Source: Rebecca billardiae RCC1528 (lineage: Eukaryota > Protista > Haptophyta). From it: 64,000 nucleotides of DNA. Location: assembly GCA_965240325.2 (NCBI GenBank), contig OZ251249.1, positions 930,001-994,000 of the forward strand, in the 5' to 3' direction. Below are positions 47,336 through 60,100 of this stretch, piece after piece; within the stretch, counting starts at the first letter, position 1, and every line of letters starts with the position of its first letter. Both the position numbers and the translations under genes were made by a program. The notes under the pieces are model-generated. The model was not told the origin of the DNA. It searched no databases and saw only the letters and a list, made by a program, of their open reading frames with translations.

Positions 47336-48141
47336 GGCGGGGCGCGTGCTCGGCGGCGGGGCGGGCGGGGCGGGCGGGGGCGCGGCGCGTGGCTGCTGCC
47401 GCCGCGCGGGCTGCTGCCGCGTTTTCCATCGGCTCGTGGAGCGTCGGCGCCGAGTTTCTGCTGATGCCAGCGGTGGACGAGTGCGCGCGCGCTCCGGTAT
47501 CGATCGCTGTCGTCTGACACTACGACTACTGCGCGCGCGCCGCTACTCTGAGTAGCGCAGCTGACTCCGCTGCGGCAAGGGCTGCGGACCGCCAGGTTGA
47601 TGCTGATATGATATGATAGGACTACTATATATATACGACACATGCAATGCACGCCGCGCATATGATATGCTTATCATTATTATTATATATTGCCGCCTGC
47701 GGCCACGCGAGCGGGCAGCGGCGACCGCGCCGACTAATGACCGCCGCCGCGCGGTGCCGGCGGCACTCTCGTAGTGCCTCGCCCCGGGGTGCGGCACCGC
47801 CCGCCTGCTGGGCCCGCGCGCGCGCCGCCGCCGCCGCGCTGGCATCGCCGCGGCGGCGGCCGCAGTGCGCCGCAGCGCTTCTGACACATGCCCACACGTA
47901 GCAGGCCTGCCTGCCGCCGCTGCTGCTGCTGCTGCTGCAGCCCCGCAGCCGCGGAGTCGCAGCCGCCTTCCCTCCCCTCAGGAGCGGCGCGGTGCGGGCG
48001 CGGCCCCTCGCAGCCCCACCGCCGTGGGCGCAGCCGCAGCGCGCGCAGCCCCCACGGGCGGCCGGCGGCCCAGTGCCGCACAGCGTCGCCGGCGGTGCGC
48101 TACGCCGCGCCTCTGCCCTCCATGGCACAGGGGCGAAGCCG

Positions 48142-51100
48142 TTACGCCGCCTCTCTGCCCTCCATGTCGAACTTTGAGACGACCGCCTCCACGGGCGCAA
48201 AGCCGCGCCCGGCCGCACGCCCGCCGTCCGCCGCCTTGGCGGAGCGGTCGAGCACGAGCGCGAGCTCGTCGTCGGAGATGGTGCGCGTCGGGTTGGTGCC
48301 GAGCGCCGCCTTGGCCGGGTCGTACGCCAGAAGCTTCTGCAGCTCCTGGTGGCGGGAAGGGCGCGCGCGCGGGCGGGGCGGCCAGGGGGTCAGCCGCGCG
48401 CGCGGCACGCGCGCAGCTGCTGCGGCCGCGGCTGCTGCAGCCGGCGCGCGCGGCCGCGCGCGCTCGGCCGGCGCGGTGCCTGCCGCACGTTCTTGTGGAT
48501 GGTCTCGTCCCGGTTGGTCTTCTCGCCCACCATCTTGTACCTGCCCTTGGAGATGACGAGCTGCTCGAGGCGCAGCTTGTCCTTGGCGCGCTTCATCACC
48601 ATCTCCTCGACCGTGTCGGCGGTCGTGAGGCGCAGCACGAGGACGGTGGAGGTCTGGCCGATGCGGTGGCAGCGGTCCTGCGCCTGCAGGTCGGCGTGCG
48701 GGTTCCAGTCCGAGTCGTAGATGATGCACGTGTCCGCCGCCACCAGGTTCACCCCCAGCCCGCCCGCGCGCGTCGAGAGCAGAAAGACGTCCACGCCGCC
48801 CGCGTTGAAGCGCTGCATCGCAGCCAGCCGCTCGGCAGCGGGCACGCTGCCGTCGAGCCGCTCGTACGAGAAGCCGCGCAGCTCGCAGTAGTCCTGGGGA
48901 GGGCGGAGGCGCGGTGGATGGCGTGGCGGGGGCGTGAGGCACGAGGGCGGGCGTGTGCGCGCACGCGCTGTGCGCTGCGCGCCGCGCGCTGCGCGCCGCG
49001 TGCGCGCGCGCCCAGCGCACGCCCAGCGCGCGCACACACGCAGCGCAGCGCACGGCACCGCACGCACCGCGAGGATGTCGAGCTGCGTGGTCATCTGCGA
49101 GAAGATGAGCACCTGGTGCCCGCCCTCCGCGCGCAGCCGCGTCATGATGCGGTCGAGCAGCTGCATCTTTCCGCTCGCCGCGACGATGCCCTCGTCGATC
49201 ACGTCGGCGCCCGCCTCGTCCGTCGGCCAGTCGAAGAGGTACGGGTGGTTGCAGCACTTGCGCAGCTGCATCAGGATGTTGTTGAGACGCACGGCGCCGT
49301 GCGAGGTGACGAGCTCCTTCTCGAGGATCGAGACGTACGTGGCGCGCTGCTCGGCGCTCAGGTCGCAGTACAGCACGTACCTGCGCGTGTGCGCGGGGCG
49401 GGTGCGCGCGCGCGCGCGTGCGCCGGGGGCGGCGCCGTCAGCTGCCGCCCGCTGTGCTGTGCGCACGCGCCGTGCGGGCGCCGCGCGCCGAGGGGCGTGC
49501 AGCGGTGACAGCAGCCGCCGCAGCAGCGGCAGCCGCAGCGGCAGCCGCAGCAGCAGGCGGCGCGTGCGTGTGTGCGTGTGCGTGTGCTCCGCGTGTGCGC
49601 GCGGTGCCGTGCGCGCACTCGTGCTTGGGCGGGATGGTCAGGTCGACGTCCGCCTTGAGGCGGCGCAGCAGGAAGGGCTTGAGGATGAGGTGCAGCTTGG
49701 TCACCACGCCCGCCTCCTCCTCCGCCTGCAGGATCTTGCTCTGGTGGTCCTCCGCATGCAAGTTGAAGTCGAACCAGCTCTGGAACGAGTCGAGGTCGTC
49801 GAAGATGTCGGGCAGCAGGAAGTTGAGCAGCGCCCACAGCTCCGTCAGGTCGTTCTGCAGCGGCGTGCCGGAGAGGAGGAGGCGGTTGGCGGCGTTGAGC
49901 GACTGCGGGCGCGGGCGGGGGCGAGGGGGGGGGAGGGGCAAGCGCGCCTGAGCGCGCGCGCGGCGGGGGCGGGCGGGCACAGCAGCAAGCCGCACGCCGC
50001 GCGCGCGGCCGCCCGTGCGGCTGCGCTTGTGTGCGCGCGTGCGCTGCCGTCGCCGCCGCCGCGCCATTCGCGGCGGCCCTCGGCCCCGGCGGCAGCCATG
50101 CAGCCAGCAAGGCGCGGGCGCGCGCGCGCCCCGTGCAGGTGCGTGCTGCGCAGGTGCGTGCTGCGCGTGCCCTCCTCTCCTCAGTGCGCCAGTGAGTAAG
50201 GTGGGTAAGTGGGTAAGTGGGTAAGTGCGTAAGTGCGTAAGTGGGTACGTGCGTATGTGTGTGCGCCCCACCTTGAGCTCCTTGATCAGCCTGCAGTTGA
50301 GGTTCTTCAGCCGGTGGCCCTCGTCCACCACCAGGAACTTCCACCCGTACCGGCGCAGCTCCTTGATGTCGCGCAGCACGATCTCGTACGAGGTGACCAC
50401 CACGGGGAACGACTGCGCACGCAGAGGGAGGAGGAGGAGGAGGAGGGCGCGGGGCTGAGCGGGCGGAGGGCGCGCAGCAGCGGCCACGGCGGGGCGCACG
50501 GCCGCGCGCACACCGCCGAGTTGGGGAAGCGCATGTGCTCGGAGCGCAGCTGCGCGCGCTCCTCCTTGGAGCCGTGGTAGAGCAGCGTGGGGATGGAGGG
50601 CGCCCACTTGCAGAACTCGTTCTTCCAGTTGCCGATGGTCGAGAGAGGGCCCACGATGAGAAACGGGCCGTGCGTGCCGCGCTCGCGCAGGAAGGCGAGG
50701 AAGCCGATGGTCTGGATCGTCTTGCCTGCGCGCGCGCGCGGGGCCGCGGGGCGCGCACGGGGCGCAGTGGGGCGGCGGCGTGGCGCGTGAGCGCGCGCGC
50801 GCGCGCGCGCGCGGCATACGCGCGGCATGCGCGCGCGCGCCAGGCCTCCGCCTCCGCGGTGCCCGCCCCGCCCGCGCCCGCGCGCCGAGACCCGCCCCGT
50901 CCCCACGAGGCCGACGCCCGGCCGCCCCCCAGCGCGCTTGCCACGCACCCAGCCCCATCTCGTCGCCCAGGATGCCGTTGAGGCCGTTCTCGTAGAGCCC
51001 TGTGAGCCAGTGCACGCCCACCAGCTGGTAGTCGCGCATGGCGCCGCCCGTGACGGCCTGCGGCTGGGCGAGCCAGCCGACGCCGGAGGAGACGATCCCC

Positions 51101-51871
51101 TCCGTCTGCCCCACGCCGCCCGCGCCGCCCGCCGCCGCGGCCACCGGCGCGGCCGCGGGCGCCGCCGCCGCCGCGCCGCGCTCCGCGGCCACGCCAAACT
51201 CAGCGTTCGGGTTCTTCAGCTTCGTCGCGAGGAACTCCTGCGCCCGCCGGGGAGGCGCGCGCGCGCGCGTGCGCGGGACGAGCAGGGTGGCGCGGTGCGC
51301 GCGCGCGAGACGCCCGCACGCGTGGGCACGCGCGTCCGCACGCCGGCGCGCGCGCGCGCGCGCCGCCATGCGCGGCCATGCGCGGCCATGCGCGCGCCGC
51401 GCGCCGCGCGCCGCGCGCGCGCACGGAGTAGACGATGGACTTCTCGAGGAGGTCGTGGAGCCGCTTGACGCGCTTGTCGATGGTCGCCTTCTTCTCCTTC
51501 TTCGCGCTCGCCACCGCCTTCTTGCGCGCCGCCTCCTCCTCCGCGGCGCGCGCGTCCGCCAGCCTCTGCTCCTCCTCCAGCATGTGCTCGGTCAGCTCGT
51601 GGCCGGGCTCGTCGGTCTCCGGGGTGACGCCGAGGTCGGAGGGCGCGATCGAGTCCTCGCGCGCGAGCTCGACCACGTCGGACCCGCCCGCGGAGGACGG
51701 CGCGCCGCCGTCCGGCTCGGCCGACGAGCCCGCGCCGCCCGCGGCGGCGGGCGGCGGCGAGCCGGCGCCGCCGCCCGCCGCCGCCGGCTCGTCCGCGAGC
51801 GGCTTGGCGCGCTTGGCCGCGCGCTCGCCCGTGGCGAAGCCGGCGTCCTCGCCGCCTGCAGATGCCGCCAT
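48142..51871 (-). CDS. DDM1: SNF2-family chromatin remodeller, DDM1/LSH(HELLS) subfamily, 8 exons
   Basis: MRDYQLVG, NGILGDEMGLGKTIQTI, VVDEGHRLKN, LLSGTPLQNDLTELWALLNFLLPDIF, LHLILKPFLLRRLKADV, STRAGGLG, QAQDRCHRIGQ, LEQLVISKG. All introns are GT-AG. Confidence 0.9.
50194..50250. repeat. Intronic 8-bp tandem repeat (GTAAGTG[G/C])n
   Basis: gtaagtgg gtaagtgg gtaagtgc gtaagtgc gtaagtgg inside a DDM1 intron. Confidence 0.8.
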
Positions 51872-52326
51872 CCGATCGCGCCGCCGCGGCCCGTGTGCTC
51901 GCTCCCTCCCCGCGGCGCCGGACGCCGCGCGTGTGCAGATGCGCGGGTGGCCAGTGGCGGCTCACGCGCGCGGCCAGTGGCGCCTCAGCTCACCACCGCC
52001 GTCGCGCGGCGAGCGAAAGCGCTCGACACGGCGCGCCCGGCAAGGCGGCAAGCCAGTAGCCACTGGCTGCGCAAGTCCGGACCGCTTGCGCTCGATCGGC
52101 AAGCGGGCGAGGCGCGAAATCCGTTGGGCTTTGCGCGCGTCCGGCTGCGCGTCTCTGACTCCTGAGTCTGCTCGCGTCCGGGCGCGCGCAGCTTCGGCGC
52201 GCGGCCGTCGTGGCAATCAGCAGGCAGCAAGTCGCAAGCAAAGCAGCCAGCAGGGCTGCCGGCGCGCTCGCTCGGACGCTCTCGCTCGCTCGCGCTCGCG
52301 CGCGCCACGGGCTGAGGCGGGCGAGG

Positions 52327-53376
52327 ATGGGGTGGAGCGCGGTGCTGCTCGCCGCCACGTGCGCCGCCAGCGCGCCCGCGCTCGCGCCGCCCGCCGCGCC
52401 CGCGCTCGGCGCGTCGCGGCTCGGCGCGTCCGCGGCGGCGGCGCGGCCGCGCCGCGCGCCGTCCGCGGCGGCGTGCGTGCGGATGCAGTCGAACATCTTC
52501 GAGCAGGTGGGCTCGGCGGCGGCGAAGGCGGTGGGCAAGACGATCAACAAGGCCACCGGCCTGCCCGAGCTCTCCGACGCCGAGCAGGAGGCGATGGAGC
52601 GTGCGATGCTCGAGGGGAAGCTCGACTTTGACCAGTTCCTCGTGCGCGCACACACCCACAGCACACCACACACGGGAGGGAGGGGGGGGAGGAGTTCCTC
52701 GTGCGCGCACACACCACACTACACACCACACAGGGGGCGGGGCGGGAGAGGAGTTCCCCGTGCGCGCACACTGCAGGGTTAGGGTGGGGGGTGCCCAGCG
52801 GGCGAGTGTCTCGTGCGCGCACACGGAGGAAGGGGGAGAGGACGCCCAGGCAGAGCCCGTCGCGCCCCGCGTCCGCGCCTGTGCGTGTGCGTGTGCGCGC
52901 GCGCGCGCGTGTGCCCGCAGGTGCAGATGCAGGTGATGGCGAAGGCGGGCTCGATGAGCGCGACGATGGCCAAGATCCCGGGCGTGGGCGACGAGATCGA
53001 CCCGCAGGCCGCGCAGCTCGCCGAGAAGAAGCTCGCGAGGTACGAGGCCTTCTGCGCGCAGATGAGTCCGGAGGAGCGCAAGAGTCCGGAGCTGCTGCTG
53101 CCGGGGAACGACGGCGCGGCGCTGCGCGCGGAGCAGCTCGCGGGGCGGTGCGGCGTCGGCGTGGAGGAGATCCGCACCTTCCTCGCCGAGTTTGTCGTGC
53201 TGCGCAAGACGTCGCAGGCGTTCGCCCAGCGCAAGGGGCCGGAGGAGGTGAAGGCGGTGATGGCGGCCGCGCAGGAGGAGGCGGGGCTGACCAACCGGCA
53301 GGAGCGCCGGCTCGCGGCGAAGGAGGCGAAGAAGGCCGCCAAGAAGAAGGGCGGCGGCGGCGGCGGCTTCGGCTGA
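52327..53376 (+). CDS. Plastid-targeted protein consisting of an SRP54/Ffh M domain only
   Basis: Signal and transit peptide, then MLEGKLDFDQFL|VQMQVMAKAGSMSATMAKIPG..AEKKLARYEAFCAQMSPEERKSPELL..GFG*. Intron 52642..52920. Confidence 0.8.
52634..52825 (+). repeat. Tandem repeat (~59-bp unit, 4 copies of the junction motif) starting at the exon/intron junction
   Basis: AGTTCCTC|GTGCGCGCACAC-like motif at 52634, 52693, 52752 and 52805. Confidence 0.85.
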
Positions 53377-53733
53377 GCGCGCGGCGGGGCGCGCGCCGGC
53401 GCCGGCGGCGGGGCGGCGCGCGCCGCGGGCCGGGCGGCTGATGCCGCGGCAGCCGCTCGGGCGGACGCCGGCCGACGACTGGGCGGGCGGGCGGGCGGCA
53501 CCGTCGGCGGGGCAGCGCGCCGCGCGCCGTGTCACGGCGCTGGCGAGTGGCGGCGCCCGTCGGCTGGGCGTGCCGATCGTCGCGCCGCAAGCGGCCTGCG
53601 GCTCACCCGGGCCGTACCGCCGCCTTCGTGCCCTTTATTTTTCGTCATATTGATCGATGTCAGCAGTCGGACAGTTTGTGAGACTGACGGACTGAGACCA
53701 GTAGTCGTCAGTGAGAGTTATAGTGCGCGTCGT

Positions 53734-53790
53734 TCCGAGTGCACGAATCACGATCGATTCCGCTCCGAGTGCACGAATCACGATCGAGTT
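53734..53790. repeat. 30-bp-period tandem duplication
   Basis: TCCGAGTGCACGAATCACGATCGA at 53734 and 53764. Confidence 0.85.
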
Positions 53791-54282
53791 CCGCACTTCA
53801 CCACTTGGCCACTTGACTTCTTGACGCGGTCCTGACTGACTAGTGGCAGTAGCCGGGTAATACCATCAGTGAGCAGCTAGGAGCGCAGCCGGCGGAGCCG
53901 CCGAGCCGCCGAGCTGTACGCGCGCCGCAGCAGCCGAGCGGTAGTATAGGGCAGCAGCATCAGTCGTCACAGTCTCGTCAATCACTCATCGGTCCATGAG
54001 ACATGAGTCATCCTGTCAGTCATGGCTCGATTGAGCGAGAGATGAGGCTTGCGGAGCAGCTGGAGGGCAGTCCGGGTCTGGCGCCGCGTTCGGGAGGGCG
54101 TCCGGCCGCCGCTCTCCGCCCGCGCAGCGCTTCGAGCGCGCTTGGCCGAGCGGCAAGTGGCAGCCAGCAAGCAGGGCGGCGGCGGCCTTTCGCGTGTGCA
54201 AGCGCATCGCCGCCCGCGCGCGCGCACACACGCGCGCCGCGCCCCCGCGCCCGCCTCGCGCGCCGCCCCCGCCCCGCGGGGC

Positions 54283-54494
54283 ATGGAGTGGGGCGTGGGC
54301 AAGGACTGGGTCTCGTCACTCTCCGACAAGGTGAGCACCGGACTCTCCGACATCGACGCGAAAGTGTCTGCGGTCGACCTCGGCCGCGTGTCGCTCGGCG
54401 TCGGCGAGCTCGTGAGCAGCGCGGCGAGCAGCGCGGCGAGCACGGGGCTGAGCGGGCTCTCGCACACCGTCGACGGCCTCACCGAGGGCAAGGC

Positions 54495-54529
<35 letters not shown>

Positions 54530-55363
54530 AGCGCGCTCGCAGCTCGCTCGGCGCGGCGGGCGCGCGGCTCGACTCGACCTTCGAGCTGCAGCCGGCGGCG
54601 TGGTTCGGCGGCGCGCTCGGCGGCGCGGAGGAGGGCGGCGCGTCGAGCGGCGCGGCCACGCCCGCCGCGCCGCGCGCGCCCGGCAGCGCCGCCAAGGGCA
54701 AGCGCGCCGCGGCCGCGGCGAGCGCCGGCACCGCCGCCGACGGCGGCGGTTTGGCCGGCGGCGGCGGCGGGCGCGAGAAGGGCTCGCTGCGCGCGGCGCA
54801 CGAGGCGCTGCGCTGCGCGGTGATCGAGCTGCTCGAGGTCGAGCGCGACGTGCTCGGCGACGCCGCGCCAGGCGCGCCGCCGCCGGCCGACGCCGCGCCG
54901 CGCACGCCTGGCGGCGGCGACGACGGCGGCGGCGGCGCGGCCGGCGCGGACGGCGGCGCCGCCGACGGCGGCGGCGGCGGGCTGCGCGCGCTGGGCGGGC
55001 GGCAGCTGGCGGAGATGCTCCGCGCGCGCGCGGCGTCGCTCGCCGCGCTCAGCGCCGCGCGGCACCACGCGCCCGCCGCCGCGCCGCACGCCGCCTCCGC
55101 CTCCGCCGCCGCCGCCGCCGCCGACCCGAGCGCGCGCGCGGCCGCGGCCGAGGCAGCGCTGTGCGCAGTGCGCGCGCGCACGCTTGCGCAGCTCCGCGGC
55201 GCGGACGAGGCGGCGGCGGCGGCGCGCGCGGAGGCGGAGGCGGCGCGGCGCGACGCGCGCGACGCGCTCGCGCGCTGCGAGGCGGCGGAGGCGGAGGCCG
55301 ACGCGCTGCGCATGGCGCAGCAGCAGCAGCAGCCGCAGCCGCCGCCGCAGCAGCAGCAGCACA

Positions 55364-55409
<46 letters not shown>

Positions 55410-57132
55410 GGCGGGCGCGGCGGGCGGCTGGGGCGTCTTCGGCGTGGGCGGGCCGCAGGGCGACCCGCTCGGCGCCGCGGCGGGCGTGGGCGCGGGCGCG
55501 GGCCTGGGCGCCCTCCCCGAGCCCCTGCTCCCCCTCGCCCTCGGCGGCGTCGGCGGCGGCGGCGGCGGCGGCGGCGGCGGGTGGGAGGAGTTGGATGCCG
55601 GCGCGCCCTCGCCGCAGCCGCCCTCGCCGCAGCGCCCGCCGCCCGCCGGGCGCGCGGCGCACGGCGCGCACGGCGCGCGCGGAGCGGCGGGCGCGGGCGG
55701 TGGCGACGATGCCGACGCGGCGACGGCGGCGAGCGGCGGTGTCGGCACGGCCGGCGGCGCGCTGGGCTCGGCGGGCGGCGGCGCGGAGGGCGGCGCGCCC
55801 GCGGCCGAGCTCGCAGCGGCGCTGGCGGCGCGCGCGGACGCGGACGCGCGCGCGGACGCGGCGGAGGCGGCGGCCGCGGCCGCGCGCGCCGCCGCCGACG
55901 CGGCGGCCGCCGAGCTCGCCGCCGAGCGCGCGGCCGGCGGCGCGGCCGCCGACGCGGTGGCGGCGGCGCGCGCCGACGCCGCGTCCGCGCGCGAGCAGGC
56001 CGAGGCGGCGGCGGCCGCGCTGCACGCGACGCAGGCGGCCGCGGCCGCGGCCGAGGCGGCTGGCGGCGCCGCGGCGGCCGCGGACGCGGACGCGCGCGCG
56101 GACGCGGCCGAGGCGGCGGCGGCGGGCGCGCGCGACGCGGCCGCGGCGGCGGGCGCGCGCGCGGACGCGGCGGAGGCGGCGCTCGCCGCAGCGCTCGCGG
56201 AGGCGGAGGAGGCGCGGCGCGGCGCGCGCGCGGCGTGCGCGCGCGCGGACGCCGCCGAGGCCGCCGCCGCCGAGGCCGCCGCGGCCGCGAGCGCGCAGCT
56301 CAGCGAGGCGCGCTCGGCGGCGGCGGCGGCGGAGGCGCGCGCGGCCGCCGACGCGGCCGCGGCCGCGTCCGCATCGGCCGCGCGGGACGAGGCGCGCGCT
56401 GCCGCGGCGGCGGCGGCGGCGGAGGCGGAGGCCGCGCGGGACGAGGCGCGCGCCGCGCGCTCGCGCGTCGAAGGCGCCATCGCGGACGCGGCGGCCGCGC
56501 GCGCCGACGCGGACGCGGCCGCGGCCGACGCGGCGGCCGCGCGCGCCGCCGAGCGCGCCGCGCGCGCGGCGGTGGCCGCGGCCGCCGCGGACGCGGCCTC
56601 GCCGGCGCGCGCGCCCGCCGCCGGCGCGTCGACGCCAGGCACCGCGGGCGCCGACGCCGGCGGCGCGCCCGCGCCGTGCGTGCGCGTGCGTCTCTCCGCG
56701 GCGGCGGTGGCGGCGGGCGGCGGCGGCGGCGGCGCGGACGCGGACGGCGCGGCGGCCGTCAGCCTGAGCGTGCGCGCCGCGCCGCGCGCGCCGCCGCCCA
56801 CGCCGCCGACCGCGGCGCTCGGCGGCGGCGGCGCCGCCGCCGACGCGGCGCAGACGCCCTCGCCGCTGCTGTGCGGTGGCGCGCGCGCCGGCGCGTGCAC
56901 CGACACCGCCGCCACCGCGCGGCCGGAGGCGGAGGGCGAGGGCGACGGGTGGGGCGGCGGCTGGGAGGGCTGGGGCGCGGAGGAGGCGGCGGCCGGGCAG
57001 GTGCCGCAGCCGGGCGCGCTCGACACGCCGCCCTCCGCGCGCGACGACGGCGGTGCGGGCGGCGCCGCAGCGGGCGGCGCCGCGCCGGCCAGTCCGCGCA
57101 CGGCGCAGGCGACGGCACCGCGCGCGCGCGCG

Positions 57133-57167
<35 letters not shown>

Positions 57168-60100
57168 CGGCGCGGGCGCGGACGCGGCCGCGGCGTGTGG
57201 CGAGGGCGCGGAGGGCGCGGCGCACGCCGCGGCCGCGCGCGCGCTCGCGGCCGCGCTCGCCGCCGCGGCCGCGGACGACGGCGAGGCGGGCGAGGCGGGC
57301 GGCTCGCGCGCGGCCGCGCGGCTGCGGCGCAGCCTGCGCTCGCTGTGCCGCGCGCACGCGGCGTTGGAGGCTGCGGCGGAGTGGCGCGGCGCGGCGCACG
57401 CCGCGAGCGCGGCCGCGCTGTGCGGCGCGCTGGGCGATGCGGAGGCGGCGGCGGCGGAGGCGCGGCGCGGCGCGGCCGCCGAGGCGGCGCGCTGGCGCGA
57501 CGCCGCGGCCGACGCGGCGGCCAAGGCGGAGGCGGCGGTCGGCGCCGCCGCGGCCGAGGCGGCGGCGCGCGCCGCCGCGGCCGACGCGGCGGCCGCGGCG
57601 CGCCGCGAGGCGGCGGCCGCCGAGGCGCGCGCCGCGTCCGCGTCCGCCGAGCTCGAGGGCGCGCGCGCGGCCGCGGCCGCCGCCGCCGCGGACGCCGCGG
57701 CGCGGCCGGAGCGCGCGCACGCCGCCACCTCGCCGCCGCCGGCGCGGCCGCGCGCGCACGCGGCGACGGCGCCGATGCCGCGGCCGGCGGCGGCGCACGC
57801 CGCCACGTCGCCGCTGCCGCGGCCGGCGCGCGCGCACGCGTCCACCGACCCGCTCGAGCTGCCGCGCGCCAAGGCCGCCGACGCGGACGCGGCGGGCGAG
57901 GCCGCGGCCGCGCCGCCCGCGCCCGACCTCGACCCCGCGCCGGCCAGTGCGGCCGACGCCGCCGCCGCCGGCGGATCTGCGGGCGGCGTGGGTGTTGAGC
58001 GTCGCGCCTCCTCCGTGTCAGTGTCCGCTCTGCTCGCCGAGCTCGCGTCCGCCGACGCGTCGTTCGGTGCAGTCGTGTCCGACCTCGCCACCGAGCGCTC
58101 GCGGCTCGCGCAGCTGCGGCAGCATCACTCGTGCGCGCAGCAGCAGCGCCGCGCGTTCGCGGCCGCGCGCGCCGCGTCGGCCGCCGCGCGCGCGCCGACC
58201 CGCGCCCCGCCCCCCTGCTGCCGCTGCCGCCGCTGCCGTCGCCGCGTGCCATCCTTGCAGGGCGATCAAAGACAAGTCCAAGGCGCTGCTGCGCGCGCGG
58301 GACGCCTCGCTGCAGCAGCTGCGCGCGCAGCTGTCCCAGACGCAGGAGCAGGTGCGTGCGCACCCCGCCGTGCGTGCGCAGCGACTGCGCGTGGCGTGTG
58401 TGCGTGCCGCGTGTGCGGCTAGGGTGTGTAGGGCTAGGTTAGGGTTAGGGTAGGGCTAGGCATGTGTGCGTGGCGCGTGTGCGGCGCGCGCGGCTCTCCG
58501 GCGCGGGTGCTGCACGCAGCACGGCCGTAGCGCATGCGGTGTGCGTGTGCGGTGTGCAGCGCACGGCGCCGCCGGCATGCGCGGCGTGTGCGCGCGCAGC
58601 CGTGCGCGCTGCGCGGCCGCAGCGGCGCGCGTGTGTCCGCGCGCGCCCCTCGCCGCCTCAGCCGCCCGCCCCCCGCGCCCCGGCGGCGCACGCGCGCGCG
58701 CGCGCGTCACGCGTGCGCCGCTGCGTGCGCAGCTCGACGGCACCAAGGACGCGGCCGCGCGCGCGGAGGCGGCCGCGGCGGAGTCGGAGGAGGCGCGGGC
58801 GGCCGCCGAGGCGCGGCTGGTGCGCGCGCGGCGCACACGCGCCGCTGCGCGCCGGCGCGCCGCGTTGCGCGCGCGCGGCGCCTGGCCGGTGTGGCGCGCG
58901 GCGGCGGCACCGGGCTCACCCCGCGCCCCCTGCCTGCTGCTGCGGCTGCGCGCGCGCGCCGCGCGCAGCTGGCGCGCGAGGAGGCGGCGGCGAGCGTGCG
59001 CAGCGCGCAGCACAAGGCGGAGGCGGAGGCGGCGGCGGAGGCTGGCTCTGCCGCGGAGGCGCGACGGCTGGCGGCGGCGGCCGAGGCGGCGCGCGCGGCT
59101 GCGGAGGCGGAGCGTGACGCCGCGCGCGCCGACGCGGCGACGGCGCGCGCGGCGGTGGCGGCGGCGGACGCGGCCGCGGCCGACGCCGCGCGCCGCGCCG
59201 CCGCCGCGTCCGCCGAGCTCGACGCGGCGCGCGGCGCGGCGGAGCGCGCGCGGCACGCTGCGCTGTTTGAACGCGCGGCCGGCGGCGGCGGCGGCGGCGG
59301 CGGCGGAGGCGGAGGCGGTGGCGCCGGTGAGCGCGGTGGCGGCGGCAGCCTGGGCGGCGGCGCGGAGGAGGGCGTGGGGGCGGACGGCGGAGGCGGCGGC
59401 GGTGGCGGCGGTGGCGGTGACGGCGGCGCCGCCGCCGCCGCGCTGCGCTCGCAGCTCGAGAACTCGCAGGCGGTGGCGGCCGCGGCCGCGCGCGAGGCGG
59501 CGGGCGCGAAAGCGGAGGCGGCGGCGGCGCGCGGCGCGGCGGAGGAGGCGCGCGCGCTGGCCGCGGCGGCGGACGCGGCGGCGGCGGCGGCGGAGGGGCG
59601 CGCGAGCGCGGAGGCGCGGCGCGCGGAGGCGGCCGAGTCGAGCCGCGCCGCCGCCGAGTCGCGCGCGGACGCGCTGCGCGCCGACGCGGCGGCGGCGGCG
59701 GAGGCGGCGGACGCGGCCGCGGCCGCGCTCGGCGCCGAGCGCGCGCGCGCGCGCGCCGTCGCCGCCGAGCTCGCCGCCGCGCGCCAGCGCGCCGCGGCGG
59801 CGGAGGCGGCGGCGGCGCGCGCGGACGGCGCGCTGGCGGAGGAGGCCGAGGCGCGCGCCGCCGCGGAGGCCACCGCGCGCGCCGCCGCCGAGAAGGCCGC
59901 GGCCGAGCTCGCGCGGGCGCGGCGCGAGGCGGCGACGGTGCGAGCGCAGGCGCGCGCGCTGCTCGCGCGGCAGGAGGACGAGCTGGCGGCGGCGAGGGCG
60001 GCGCAGGCCGCCGGGCGGAGGGCGGGGGAGGGCGGCGGCGTCGCGCGGGGCGGCGGCGCGGACGGCGGCGCGGGCGCGGCGCCGCAGCCGCAGCCGCAGC

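Noticed and set aside
50194-50250. Array of GTAAGT splice-donor consensus sites
   Set aside because: It lies antisense to the host gene, and donors in this genome are mostly GTGCGC; most likely a simple minisatellite.
48142-51871. DDM1 next to a transposon cluster as a linked silencing system
   Set aside because: DDM1/LSH acts in trans; proximity alone is not evidence.
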